A stretch of DNA of 64,000 nt, from the IMG/VR virus record IMGVR_UViG_3300030430_004661, positions 1-64,000 of that record; one strand, written 5' to 3'. Under the pieces are notes generated by a model. The model saw nothing but the letters and a program-made list of their open reading frames with translations. It was not told where the DNA came from and did no database searches. This stretch comes from a virus. The position numbers and the translations under genes were made by a program. Shown one piece after another: positions 26,351-36,600 of this stretch (position 1 is its first letter; every line of letters begins with the position of its first letter).

Positions 26351-27207
26351 TGTTTAGAAGTAGAAAAATAAATAAAAATCAATGGATCGACACCAAAACA
26401 AACACTGTTTTTGAAACTGGTTTGATTAAAGGTAGGCACGGTAAGAAATCAAGTTTTCTGGACACCCCAGATAGTTTTCTTGGTGGACACTATGGAGAGT
26501 CGTATTACTTAGATTTCTACGACAGGATTCAACACGATGTGGATGATTACACAACCAGCAACGAGGTTATCTATAAACGCCATGATAATAAACTAGCGGG
26601 TAAGAAGGTTCTGATTGTTGGTGGCGGACCTTCGTCTAATGACCTCAAATGGCAACAACACTACGACTACGTGATTACTAGTAATAATTATTACAAAAAG
26701 TTTCCTGATAATAAACCATACATAATAAACTTTACACCTTACATGGATCTAAGCGATTCAAAGTTGCTGTCTTTTTTAGATTCTGGAGATTTTTATATTG
26801 GCTTTGAAGCGGATGCTTTTTTAAAAAACCATGAGATCTCTATGATCCATACGTTTTGGCCAAAGTATAGAGATAGAATAATTCTGTTCCACACCAGATA
26901 TTCATCAGCAATTGGTGTCTCAACCCGTCAAGCAGTCTTTGCGATATTGATGGGAGCTGATGAAGTTCACCTATGTGGCATGGACCTATTCAAAGACAAG
27001 GACAGTGTTAGACACTCCTTTGAGGATAACAAGGGTCTTCCACGATGGCGTCTCGCAGGGGGAGAAACCCTTCAACAACAATTAGTAGTTTCTTTTTGGG
27101 AATACGTTAAGCAGATCGGCGCTACAAACGACTGTAGAGTTATCAACCTAGCGAGACACTTCGATTACAATTGCCTAGGTCAACCATCAATAGGAGAACT
27201 ATCATGA
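26350..27207 (+). CDS. Maf/Cst-like putative nonulosonate transferase (paralogue of 24128..24925)
   Basis: VLIVGGGPSS, ITSNNYY, HTRYSSAIG, AILMGADEVHLCGMD; TGATG coupling. Confidence 0.6.
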   Translation: MFRSRKINKNQWIDTKTNTVFETGLIKGRHGKKSSFLDTPDSFLGGHYGESYYLDFYDRIQHDVDDYTTSNEVIYKRHDNKLAGKKVLIVGGGPSSNDLKWQQHYDYVITSNNYYKKFPDNKPYIINFTPYMDLSDSKLLSFLDSGDFYIGFEADAFLKNHEISMIHTFWPKYRDRIILFHTRYSSAIGVSTRQAVFAILMGADEVHLCGMDLFKDKDSVRHSFEDNKGLPRWRLAGGETLQQQLVVSFWEYVKQIGATNDCRVINLARHFDYNCLGQPSIGELS

Positions 27208-27998
27208 AGATAGCACTGTGTTACTCAGGTCAAATTGGTGCTTTTCATAAAGCATTACGCAGCCAAAGAGCTTCGTTTCTGACTAACGACATGGATATCT
27301 ACGTTTACACTTCAGACGTAGTGTCACAGAAAAACAATACTATAGTTAACTTGCCGACTTCATCGGACGTACACGAATATCTGATAGCCGGAAAAGGTTG
27401 GAGAAAAAACACCAACACTTATGGTATAGTGTATAAGATCCCATCAGATTACATCGTGAAATCACTAAAACCAATAGAAAGACAAATAGTTCACATGAAA
27501 GTCCAAAAAGAGGATCTATATGAAACACTGAATGATTGGGACATGTCAAAATGGAAATGGCTAAGAAAAAGACAGCTCTGGAAAATGCACCAGTGCAATG
27601 AGATGGTAAACAACAGTGGTAATGACTATGACATAGTGGTTAGATCGAGATTTGAGTTTGGTCCAAATGTAAAGATAGATATACAGAAAATTGTATCAAG
27701 CACCGATAACTTGGATAATAAAATTTTTATGTTTGGTGGTTGGAACTGTGTTCCTCCAATGGTTTTTATGGATGAATTTATTTGTGATGGGTTTGCCTTT
27801 GGAAAACCTGAAGTTATGAATAAGTTCACATCTCTCTATTTAAATGAAGATCCATACCCGTATGATCCGAAATATAAAGAGTGTTGGGAAAAGTTTGGTG
27901 ATAACGTTGAATATCAATTAAAAACTCACCTTGATAAACACAACATTGAGATTGTGTATATTGGTAATAAAAGAAACATGTATCATTTATGGAGATAA
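27204..27998 (+). CDS. putative glycosyltransferase-like protein
   Basis: MKIALCYSGQ start; YDIVVRSRFE; DGFAFG pattern; lies within the GT cluster. Confidence 0.5.
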   Translation: MKIALCYSGQIGAFHKALRSQRASFLTNDMDIYVYTSDVVSQKNNTIVNLPTSSDVHEYLIAGKGWRKNTNTYGIVYKIPSDYIVKSLKPIERQIVHMKVQKEDLYETLNDWDMSKWKWLRKRQLWKMHQCNEMVNNSGNDYDIVVRSRFEFGPNVKIDIQKIVSSTDNLDNKIFMFGGWNCVPPMVFMDEFICDGFAFGKPEVMNKFTSLYLNEDPYPYDPKYKECWEKFGDNVEYQLKTHLDKHNIEIVYIGNKRNMYHLWR

Positions 27999-27999
27999 A

Positions 28000-28626
28000 G
28001 TGAAAAAAGTATTTATTGACTGTGGTAGTTACGACGGCTGTAGCGTGAGAAAATTCTCTGATCTGTACGACAAAAAAGCAGATTATCAGTATCACTGTTT
28101 TGAGGGCAATCCGCTATTGGCCAACTATCACCCTGTGAACGAAAGGTGTGTGTTTCACAACACCATAGTACTAGATACCGAAGATGAGGTTACATTTTAT
28201 GTACATTCCACTACAGGAGGGAGCACAATCAGTCAACAGAAAAACCAGAGGTATAAAAACAAAGATGAATCAAAGTATGGCGATACGGAGGAGATAGTTC
28301 TAAGACCAATAAGACTATCAAGCTATATAAGCGACAACTTTAGCCCTGATGATAATATAATTTTAAAAATGGATATTGAAGGTGCTGAATATTGCGTCCT
28401 TAGAGACCTTATCAAATGCGACGTATTGTGGTACATTGATAAGATCTATATCGAATGGCACATAAATGATAGAACAGAAGAGCCTCAACCCGAAGAGTTT
28501 ATATCAGAGTTCGTTGAAATATGTGATGAAAACGATATATGTTTGGATACTTCTTGGGACTCGATGCATGAGCCGTACATGAAAGAAGAAAGAAATTCTG
28601 AATACAAAAAAAAGAGGAAAAAATGA
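28000..28626 (+). CDS. FkbM-family methyltransferase
   Basis: FIDCGSYDG, FEGNP, ILKMDIEGAEY, IEWH; GTG start after GGAG. Confidence 0.85.
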   Translation: MKKVFIDCGSYDGCSVRKFSDLYDKKADYQYHCFEGNPLLANYHPVNERCVFHNTIVLDTEDEVTFYVHSTTGGSTISQQKNQRYKNKDESKYGDTEEIVLRPIRLSSYISDNFSPDDNIILKMDIEGAEYCVLRDLIKCDVLWYIDKIYIEWHINDRTEEPQPEEFISEFVEICDENDICLDTSWDSMHEPYMKEERNSEYKKKRKK

Positions 28627-28931
28627 TAATTTATGTAGACATAGATGAAACAATATGTGTTTCACCACCAAACCGAGATTATTCACAAGCAGTTCCAATA
28701 GCAAACCACATCAGTAAAATCAATCAACTTTATGATTCTGGTAACACGATTGTATATTGGACTGCTAGAGGCACTGGATCTGGTATTGACTGGAGAGAAG
28801 TGACAGAAAGACAGTTTGAAACTTGGGGGGTAAAGTATCATGATCTTAAGTTTGGCAAACCAATATATGACTTGTTTGTTGATGATAAAAATATAAATTG
28901 TGAGAGGTTTTTTCATAATGAAAATATATGA
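28623..28931 (+). CDS. small HAD-superfamily phosphatase (capsule-biosynthesis type)
   Basis: VDIDETI, WTARG, GKP..DLFVDDK. Confidence 0.82.
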   Translation: MIIYVDIDETICVSPPNRDYSQAVPIANHISKINQLYDSGNTIVYWTARGTGSGIDWREVTERQFETWGVKYHDLKFGKPIYDLFVDDKNINCERFFHNENI

Positions 28932-29658
28932 TAAAATAAACCAAGAACGTAAAGATATAATAAACAAAACAAAGCATACGATTAGCGATGTTCCTAGGGC
29001 GCAAAAAGAAGTAGCTGAGTTGCTTCCTGATCTTTTTGAGAAGAAAAGGTTTTATAAAATGCATCCTAGGCCAAATGATCACCCACAATCCAGAGAGTAT
29101 CAGTACTATGAATATTGTATTAGTGCTGTTGAGATTGATGGCTTGTGGTTAGAATTTGGTGTCTACAAAGGTGCTAGTAGTAAGTATATTAGCAAGATAA
29201 AGAACGAATTGCACCCCGAATCAGATAAGGGATTTCATGGGTTTGATTCATTTGAAGGTTTACCAGAAGATTGGACTGGAAATGGATCTCCAAAGGGTAA
29301 GTTTAAAACAAAAGTTCCTTCCGTTCCCGGAGTGACCTTTCACAAAGGATGGTTTAGTGACACCATACCAAAATTTTTAACATCATACAAAGGTCAATGT
29401 GCATTTATACACATCGATTGTGACATATATTCATCAACAGTGGATATTCTAGAAAACTTGTCACCAAGAATAGTACCCGGAACTGTTATTCTTTTTGATG
29501 AGCTTACTGGATATGACGCTTGGAAAGATCATGAATATAAAGCGTTTATTGAATTTGTTGAAAAATATGATGTTGAATATGAATGGCTAGCATATGTGGC
29601 AAATGCAGGCCAAGCAGCATGTAAAATAACTAAAATAGGAGTACATAATGAATTATAA
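28918..29658 (+). CDS. TylF/MycF-like class I SAM O-methyltransferase
   Basis: LEFGVYKG, GFDSFEGLPEDW, KGWFSDT, HIDCDIYSS, LFDE. Confidence 0.85.
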   Translation: MKIYDKINQERKDIINKTKHTISDVPRAQKEVAELLPDLFEKKRFYKMHPRPNDHPQSREYQYYEYCISAVEIDGLWLEFGVYKGASSKYISKIKNELHPESDKGFHGFDSFEGLPEDWTGNGSPKGKFKTKVPSVPGVTFHKGWFSDTIPKFLTSYKGQCAFIHIDCDIYSSTVDILENLSPRIVPGTVILFDELTGYDAWKDHEYKAFIEFVEKYDVEYEWLAYVANAGQAACKITKIGVHNEL

Positions 29659-29857
29659 ATTTTCAGACCAAGCCATTGGCGCATTGATGATGGCGCTACA
29701 AAAATCATTACTAGAGCAAACCGACATAGTTCCGGTGATCAAAAACTTTGATGTTCAGATAGATGATACAAATCATTTGATAGTGGTTAACCCACCACCA
29801 GTAAAGGCACCTAAAATAGAAGCAAAGCCTAAAATACTTTTACCGGATGAAGATTAA
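29648..29857 (+). CDS. hypothetical protein
   Basis: SD AGGAG; coupled to its neighbours. Confidence 0.65.
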   Translation: MNYKFSDQAIGALMMALQKSLLEQTDIVPVIKNFDVQIDDTNHLIVVNPPPVKAPKIEAKPKILLPDED

Positions 29858-30108
29858 TGCCTAGATACTTTTATGAATGCTCAAAGTGTGGATCACAATT
29901 TAAAACTGTGCATGGCATGAATGAAACACAAGATCATTGTGAGGTCTGTTTTTCTGATGCTGGAACACTTCGAAGAATTCCACAGCTTACCACCACCCTC
30001 AAGCCTCTATCTAAAGAGGCACAGAGAGTTCGGGATGCTATTGAGGATAATAAAAATATTCTAAAAGAAATGGATAAAGAAGCGAGGAATACAAGTTATG
30101 ACGATTAG
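29857..30108 (+). CDS. FmdB-family zinc-ribbon protein
   Basis: MPRYFYECSKCG...CEVC. Confidence 0.8.
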   Translation: MPRYFYECSKCGSQFKTVHGMNETQDHCEVCFSDAGTLRRIPQLTTTLKPLSKEAQRVRDAIEDNKNILKEMDKEARNTSYDD

Positions 30109-30493
30109 CACTGGATTAAGTTTAGCCCTAGGAATATCTATAATATTAAACATTTTTACTGTTTGGTACATTAGAGCACTATTGGGTCGTTTTAATTGGA
30201 TTAGTCAAAATATTAACGATCTTGTGCAAATAATTGGTGTATTTAGGGCACATTTGCAAGACGTGCGAAAGTTAGAACAGTTCTATGGAGATCAAGAAAT
30301 AAAAAATCTTGCTCTGCATACAGCTTCGCTTATGGATGTGTTACAGGATTATGAAGACGTAGTCTTTATAACAGAACCAATAGAATTTGTAGAGGATGAA
30401 TCAGATACTCAACAACAGGAAGAACAAAATGCCGAGGAAGAAGTCCAAGAAAAACATGTACTTTACGCAGGTACACGAAAACGCAATAATTGA
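30098..30493 (+). CDS. single-pass membrane protein
   Basis: N-terminal hydrophobic helix and acidic C-terminus. Confidence 0.6.
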   Translation: MTISTGLSLALGISIILNIFTVWYIRALLGRFNWISQNINDLVQIIGVFRAHLQDVRKLEQFYGDQEIKNLALHTASLMDVLQDYEDVVFITEPIEFVEDESDTQQQEEQNAEEEVQEKHVLYAGTRKRNN

Positions 30494-31118
30494 ATATTGT
30501 CAACCAAGCACAACTTATAACAGAAGGTGCGAGCTTTACGAACACCTGATTCAACCAGCCTTCAACGAGATGGTTGACAAGATAGTATTTACGTATCGCT
30601 TTACATCTTTACCAAATATTGATGAATTAAGGCAAGACTGTAAGGTCTGGCTTACAACCATATTGGCCAAGTATGATCCTAATCGAGGTTCAAAGGCCTT
30701 TTCGTATTTTAGTGTCATAACAAAAAACTGGTTTATACATCAGGTTAAAAAGACCGCAAAAAGAGCTAGTCGAGAGGTTGAATACGAAAAAGTAGGTAAG
30801 GAACTCAACAGCGCACAGAATATATCAAATGACCCTGTCATGGAAAATATATTACAAAAAGAGTTTTGGATATCATTTTACGATGAGCTTGGATCGTGGG
30901 ACTCATCAAAGATGTCAGAAAATGAACTTTTAGTTTACAACGCAATACGTGAGTTGTTTGCCTCTGTGGACGATCTTGATATGCTAAATAAGAAGGCTGT
31001 GTATCTGTATATGAGAGAGATTACTGGACTCAATACAAAACAAATAGTATCACAGCTTAACAAGATGAGAAAGAGGTACAGAAGTTTTAAACGCAACTGG
31101 GACAATGGTAAAATTTAA
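30429..31118 (+). CDS. phage-encoded sigma factor (T4 gp55-like, putative late sigma)
   Basis: Region-2-like DELRQDC...KYDPNRGSKAFSYFSVITKNWF; C-terminal HTH-like YMREITGLNTKQIV; immediately precedes the structural block. Confidence 0.65.
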   Translation: MPRKKSKKNMYFTQVHENAIIEYCQPSTTYNRRCELYEHLIQPAFNEMVDKIVFTYRFTSLPNIDELRQDCKVWLTTILAKYDPNRGSKAFSYFSVITKNWFIHQVKKTAKRASREVEYEKVGKELNSAQNISNDPVMENILQKEFWISFYDELGSWDSSKMSENELLVYNAIRELFASVDDLDMLNKKAVYLYMREITGLNTKQIVSQLNKMRKRYRSFKRNWDNGKI

Positions 31119-31124
31119 ATTTGT

Positions 31125-31132
31125 CTATTTAT
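31125..31132 (+). promoter_or_regulatory. putative late promoter CTATTTAT heading the baseplate operon
   Basis: Intergenic, 3 nt before ATG 31136, with no SD. Confidence 0.55.
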
Positions 31133-31135
31133 GGT

Positions 31136-31429
31136 ATGAGTAAAAAATTAGATAAATTCATAGAGGAAGCGATTGATAACATTCGTAAAGATAGGGAGGT
31201 CACCAAAGATCTGCTTAATGATGCCATTGGGTATCTGTCAAAAGACGAATCTAGACATCGAGACATAGGCATAACATTGGCCAAGTATGTGGAAACACTA
31301 CAGAGATCCAATGAGCAGCTTGTTAAGATTACTTCTCTTGTGGCCAAACAAGAATCAAAGTCAGACGGTCTTACACAAGAAGACATGGAACAAATTTATT
31401 CCGCTATAAAGGATGATCCAGATGAGTAG
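31136..31429 (+). CDS. hypothetical helical protein
   Basis: ATG 31136; first gene of the structural block. Confidence 0.65.
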   Translation: MSKKLDKFIEEAIDNIRKDREVTKDLLNDAIGYLSKDESRHRDIGITLAKYVETLQRSNEQLVKITSLVAKQESKSDGLTQEDMEQIYSAIKDDPDE

Positions 31430-32708
31430 GATAAAATCAATATTCAATGTGTTTTCTAATGAAAACGAGATGGTTGGTGGCAATTCACAGTCTCGTTGGA
31501 GTAGAACGCTAGACAATATTCAACAAATGACAGAAGAGTTTTTTAGTAGAACAGAGCCTGAAAGAATATACGCTACTATTGTAGACGCACCCGGAAGCAC
31601 CGGTGAAGCGATAAATGCTGAGGGTGGTCCGAAGCAATACCAAGCAGCAAGAATAAGAATAGAAGGAAGCACTGATTTTATGATTCCCGATCCAGCAGAT
31701 TTAGCAGAAAGAGGGTTTACTAACGGGGAGATACTCAACAGTATCACCATGCATCCCATGGCATACTCTGTTGGTGAGGTTGGAGGAGACGACCAACAAG
31801 CACCACCTCCGGTGCAGGGTGATGTTGTTGAGGTTTTCAGAGAAGGTAATGGCTGGAGGTTTGGTAAGAAACTTAGAGATAATCTAAGAATAAAAAATCT
31901 CCCTATTGACAGAAGTACCGCGAATCTCAGCGCCGTGCCAACAGGACCGGCGCAAAGTTCATTTGACTCCGCAACTCCTACTTTGTCTGGAGACTTACCC
32001 GGCATTAACTTTGAAGCAGCAGAGGCTATTGAGCTAGCAAACCCTGAAATAGTCATACAAGATCTACAAAATCTATTTACACAAAAAGGCTATGTTTGGG
32101 ATCCTGAGTTTAACCTAGTCGGCGTAAGAAGCTTCCCACAGACAAATAATAAGTTTACCGACTACATGATTGTGTCATTCGTTCAAAATGGAGTTAGTCG
32201 AGTATACAGGATGATCATGACGACAGTTCCCGGCTACGATAGAGGTCAGACAATATTCTATGGTACACAAGGCAGAGCAGTAATGAAAGAAGGACAATAT
32301 ATTGACGCTTATGGAGTCGGACTACATGCAAGCAAATACACAGCACTTGTGAACAGAGATGGAAAAAGATACCCAGACTTCTTTAGAGACGTTAATGGTG
32401 ATGGTATACTGGACATAAGTTCTCCACCGTCAGTTTTGAATGAAAATAAACTAGTTGGACTAAACATACACTCAACGAGACTTAACAGCTCTCCGTATTC
32501 AAACGTTTATAATTGGTCAGAGGGTTGCCAAGTTATACAATGGTGGCAAAATTTTAAGCACATGATGGCCGTTGTTAATGCTCTTGGTAGAAAACTATAT
32601 GATTATACATTGATCAATAGTAATGATATAAATATTGCATCTTACCCATTTAAAAATGCGTCAAGCAACGGCAGGATTACTAACGCTCCTGAATATGAGA
32701 ATTTATAA
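31413..32708 (+). CDS. putative baseplate hub (gp5-like position) with a C-terminal YkuD/L,D-transpeptidase-like domain
   Basis: PPVQGDVVEVF OB-fold-like segment; GLNIH-x15-SEGCQV motif; start may be 31422. Confidence 0.5.
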   Translation: MIQMSRIKSIFNVFSNENEMVGGNSQSRWSRTLDNIQQMTEEFFSRTEPERIYATIVDAPGSTGEAINAEGGPKQYQAARIRIEGSTDFMIPDPADLAERGFTNGEILNSITMHPMAYSVGEVGGDDQQAPPPVQGDVVEVFREGNGWRFGKKLRDNLRIKNLPIDRSTANLSAVPTGPAQSSFDSATPTLSGDLPGINFEAAEAIELANPEIVIQDLQNLFTQKGYVWDPEFNLVGVRSFPQTNNKFTDYMIVSFVQNGVSRVYRMIMTTVPGYDRGQTIFYGTQGRAVMKEGQYIDAYGVGLHASKYTALVNRDGKRYPDFFRDVNGDGILDISSPPSVLNENKLVGLNIHSTRLNSSPYSNVYNWSEGCQVIQWWQNFKHMMAVVNALGRKLYDYTLINSNDINIASYPFKNASSNGRITNAPEYENL

Positions 32709-33637
32709 TGAGATATAAACAGATAAATTATTTAAACAAAACACCAGAGGATGTTAAGTCTCTAATTGAACTTGGAACTTACACAAATGGTCTTTATAAC
32801 ACTATCAAAGAAGATGAGCTCAATCCTACTTACGAGATAGCAGAAAATGAAATAGTATATTCAAATAAGAACTCGCATATAATACTGGGTAAGGATAGGT
32901 TTGGTGATTATAAGACTGGCTTTGGAGGACTAGGATACGCAGCATCAAACGCTGTAGATATTGTAGTTGGTTTGGCTTCCTCTTATATGCCACTAGATAA
33001 GAAACTAGGACCAACTGATGAGATAGGAAAAAACTTTTTTACCGATGCCGCAAGAGTTTACATAAGCCAGAGGTGTGACATAGATAAATACTTCGCCATA
33101 GAAGAGGGCACACAGTATTCAGATTTTGGAAATGAAGGTGTTTCTGGCGCTGCGATCAAAGCAGATTGTGTGGCAGTTATTGGCAGAAGAAATGTCAAAA
33201 TCAAGGCCGGCCCTTCAAGACTGAATATTGGTAAAGAAAAGGACTCACAAGGTCAAAAGATTACGGATTCTAGAATAGAGTTGATTGGTGGAAACAAAGA
33301 CCTAGAACCCCTAGTTCTTGGGTTTAAACTTGTCAAGTTACTAAAAGAAATGCAAGAAGAAATACAATACCTTAGAGGAGAGGTCACAAATTTACATTAT
33401 AAAAATGCAAAATTAAACACCAAATTGGCCTTACACATTCATGGTGACCCCTTTACCGTGGTAACCCTGCCCTCCCCTGATTTAGCAGTTAGTGCGATAA
33501 TAGAAATACCTCAAAATATCCAAAATGTGGTTAAGGGAATAGTCGATAAATATATTGACAAAGTTAGAGAACTCAATTCTACACAAATTCCCAATGACGC
33601 CGATTATATATTAAGCAGAAACGTATTTACAACGTAG
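32708..33637 (+). CDS. putative baseplate spike protein
   Basis: Beta-rich body, EPLVLG..L..LL helix, HIH (HxH) apex-like motif. Confidence 0.5.
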   Translation: MRYKQINYLNKTPEDVKSLIELGTYTNGLYNTIKEDELNPTYEIAENEIVYSNKNSHIILGKDRFGDYKTGFGGLGYAASNAVDIVVGLASSYMPLDKKLGPTDEIGKNFFTDAARVYISQRCDIDKYFAIEEGTQYSDFGNEGVSGAAIKADCVAVIGRRNVKIKAGPSRLNIGKEKDSQGQKITDSRIELIGGNKDLEPLVLGFKLVKLLKEMQEEIQYLRGEVTNLHYKNAKLNTKLALHIHGDPFTVVTLPSPDLAVSAIIEIPQNIQNVVKGIVDKYIDKVRELNSTQIPNDADYILSRNVFTT

Positions 33638-33646
33638 GAAAATAAC

Positions 33647-36600
33647 ATGTCTGAATTTAAAGATTTACAGGTCGATATATGTGAAATAGATGAAGCATTA
33701 GCACCCAAAGACGACAGACCGGAGTGTCCGGACATTGTCATAGAGATACCTAGACCCGAAATAGACTTACCCTCTTTCGATCCAGATATTGACTTTTCTG
33801 ATATCACAAGGCTGGATTTCAGCTTTGGCGATCTAAAAAAGTTGAGGAAACTCAAGCTGCTATTTAAAAAATTTTCACAATTGCAAGTTATACTTAAATC
33901 TAGTAGTGGTATATCATTTATACAAGACGTACCAGATCCCGGCTTTGAAACAGGAAGAAGAAAATTTTACTTAAAAAAGTTTGAACTGTTAATTGATAAG
34001 TTTGAAATATTGATTGAAGATTTTTTTGATCGTGAAGGTATAGATTTCGATCCAGATATAATTGAAAAAATTAGCTTCGAGTTTGATAAATTCGACCCAC
34101 TCAATCCTTTTAAGGTTGAAAGGTTTACCATCCTAGACAGGGCTGGAAAGTTCTTTGATGTGCCAAAGATTGATTTTGATCCAGTTCTGCAAGACCCCAC
34201 GCTTATGAAATACTTTATCGATATAGATTCTATATTTGATAGGCTGACTGTAGATACGTCTTGGATCGATATCATGCTAGAGATAACATACCCAAGGATA
34301 CAGATTGATTATGGATCTTTTGATGACCTAGACATAGACTTTGGAGACTTAGACTTTAGCCTGAAGTTTAGAGATCTTGCATTAGGTAGCTTTAAGTTTC
34401 CTGATATAATGATGTATTCCTTGGAAATACCAAAAATAAAATCAATAGATTTCAATAAAACAAAGTACAGCTTGCTAAGGCAAGGTTTGTCTGTGTTGCC
34501 ACCTGACCTAGATTTCTCACAGTTACCAGACATTAACCTGAAACAAATAGAAAACATATTTGATGAATTCAATATTCCAAAGTTAGATCGTGGAGCACTT
34601 ATGGAACTCTACAATAGGTTTGGACCAATTGACAAATTTAAGGCTCCAAAAGTTCTTAAGCCATTTGGTGATTTTGACTTCGAAAGATCTCAGCTTTTGG
34701 ACTTTCTAACACCTTGTAAATGGAAAGAGGTTCTTGAGGAGACACTAAAGAGTAAACTATCTGATAAAACTCTGGAACAAGCAACCAGAATAATAATAAG
34801 AACAGCCCTGCTTTCAGCGTCTCCTCTCGTGCTACGTAAAATATACGGTGAGTTAGCACAGGACGTAACACAAGAAATCGAACAGGAAATCAGATCAGAA
34901 CTTCAAATAGATTCATTTGCTTACCCATGGGATGTAATACAGGAAGTTGAATTAGAAAGATCTATTCTAGATAGGCAAAAGATATTGGACCAACTTGAAG
35001 AAAGTTTAGATGAAGAAATAGACGCACAAGTCAAACGCTTGATGGTTGAAAAGATAATAGAAAAATCAAACATAGACAAGCTTTCTGAGTTTTTCGATAT
35101 GATTCCCGGTGCCGACATATACAAGCTAGCAGTGTTATCGGACGAAGTCCCGTTTACACCCAATATAAATGCAGGGATAGAAAAGATTGTCGGTGTTGGG
35201 GGAGTTGGCTTATGTGATGATGGAAGGTTTATAAAAAAGGGCCTACCACAACTTCCAAAAATGAAAGAGCTTAGTTTCAAATTTTTGCTGGATGTGTTAA
35301 TTAAAGAATTTAAAAAGCTACTTATCAAACTTCTGATAAACGTTTTACTATCTATAGTTATAAAGTTTATAGACAAAGCAGTTTCATCATTTCCGCCACT
35401 ACCAGATTTGCCACAGCTCCCAGACGTCCCAGACATATCAGACATCCCACCTATAAGTAATTTTCCTGATTTGCCAAATCTGCCGCCATCAGGGAGATTA
35501 GATCCTTCTAATTTAATGAGAGACTTGAATGATGTTAATTTTGGTACAGCATTATCAGATGTGTTCTTTGGACCACCAGAATTGGGAGACACCGCAGCAG
35601 GAAAATTTTTAGAGATAAGTGGTGTTCCAGCCAGATCTAGAGATAGATTGATAAAAGCAATATCCAACACCTTAACAGCAAAAGAATTAAAAGCCGCCAT
35701 GGCAGCGAGTCCGGAAAACCAAAATGGTGCTGCAATTGCTGCTGTCTATACTGCCATTAGAGGCACTGGATTTGAAGTTCCCGGTGTTCTTTCAAGCCCT
35801 GAAGATGTTCAAGCAATGTTTGCAAATATAAATTCATATCTAACACCAGATCAAAAAGCCAGAATATTAAACAGTATTACACCTGAAGACGACATGCCCA
35901 TTAACAAATCAATATGTCTTACAAAAGAAGAAAGGTGCATGTGGAATGATCAAAGGCTTGATGCATTTAAAGATCTTGGTTTTAATGATGACGAGGCAAA
36001 CGATTTCTTAGATAGACTTAATGATAAGTCTGATCAAGACCTTGCAGATGTGGTTGATGCCTTATTTAACGCTCCTGATAATATTTTAGGTGACGCTCTG
36101 GACGCAGCACTAGACAACGCAGTATCTGGTAAAAATGATATTGGTGAACCTCAAAGGCTACAGAAAGCAGATGATTATGACGAAGACAACCTAGGAGACT
36201 TGGATGACAAAGATATCTGTTTCGACGTATTTTTTGAACTGACAGGTCAAACTGGTAACAATAGTATAACAATACCAACTGATATGAAAAACTTATTTAA
36301 AAATATGAACAGGGATGTCTTTAGAATGTTAAATTTTGCCTTCTCAAATGATCTCATAGGTAGACGAAATTCATTTTTTGAAAACGTGTTAGCAGACAGG
36401 AGAGGCACAAAGCTTACAGCCGGCTTATTTGACCATGAAACTAGGGTACGTCTTAGATATCCATTCCCAAATGCCGCTGATACCGAGGAACAACACGCAG
36501 AAAAATTCGATGGTGCTGGTAAGATCCTAAAAAGAGTTATGGAGAAAACCCGGATTATGGACAAAGGTGAAGAAGACCCCGCCCAAGGCGACCCTAGTAA

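Noticed and set aside
33621-33635. TATTTAC inside ACGT...ACGT as a further promoter-in-hairpin
   Set aside because: Only a 4-bp stem, a mismatched motif, and within coding sequence; compatible with chance.
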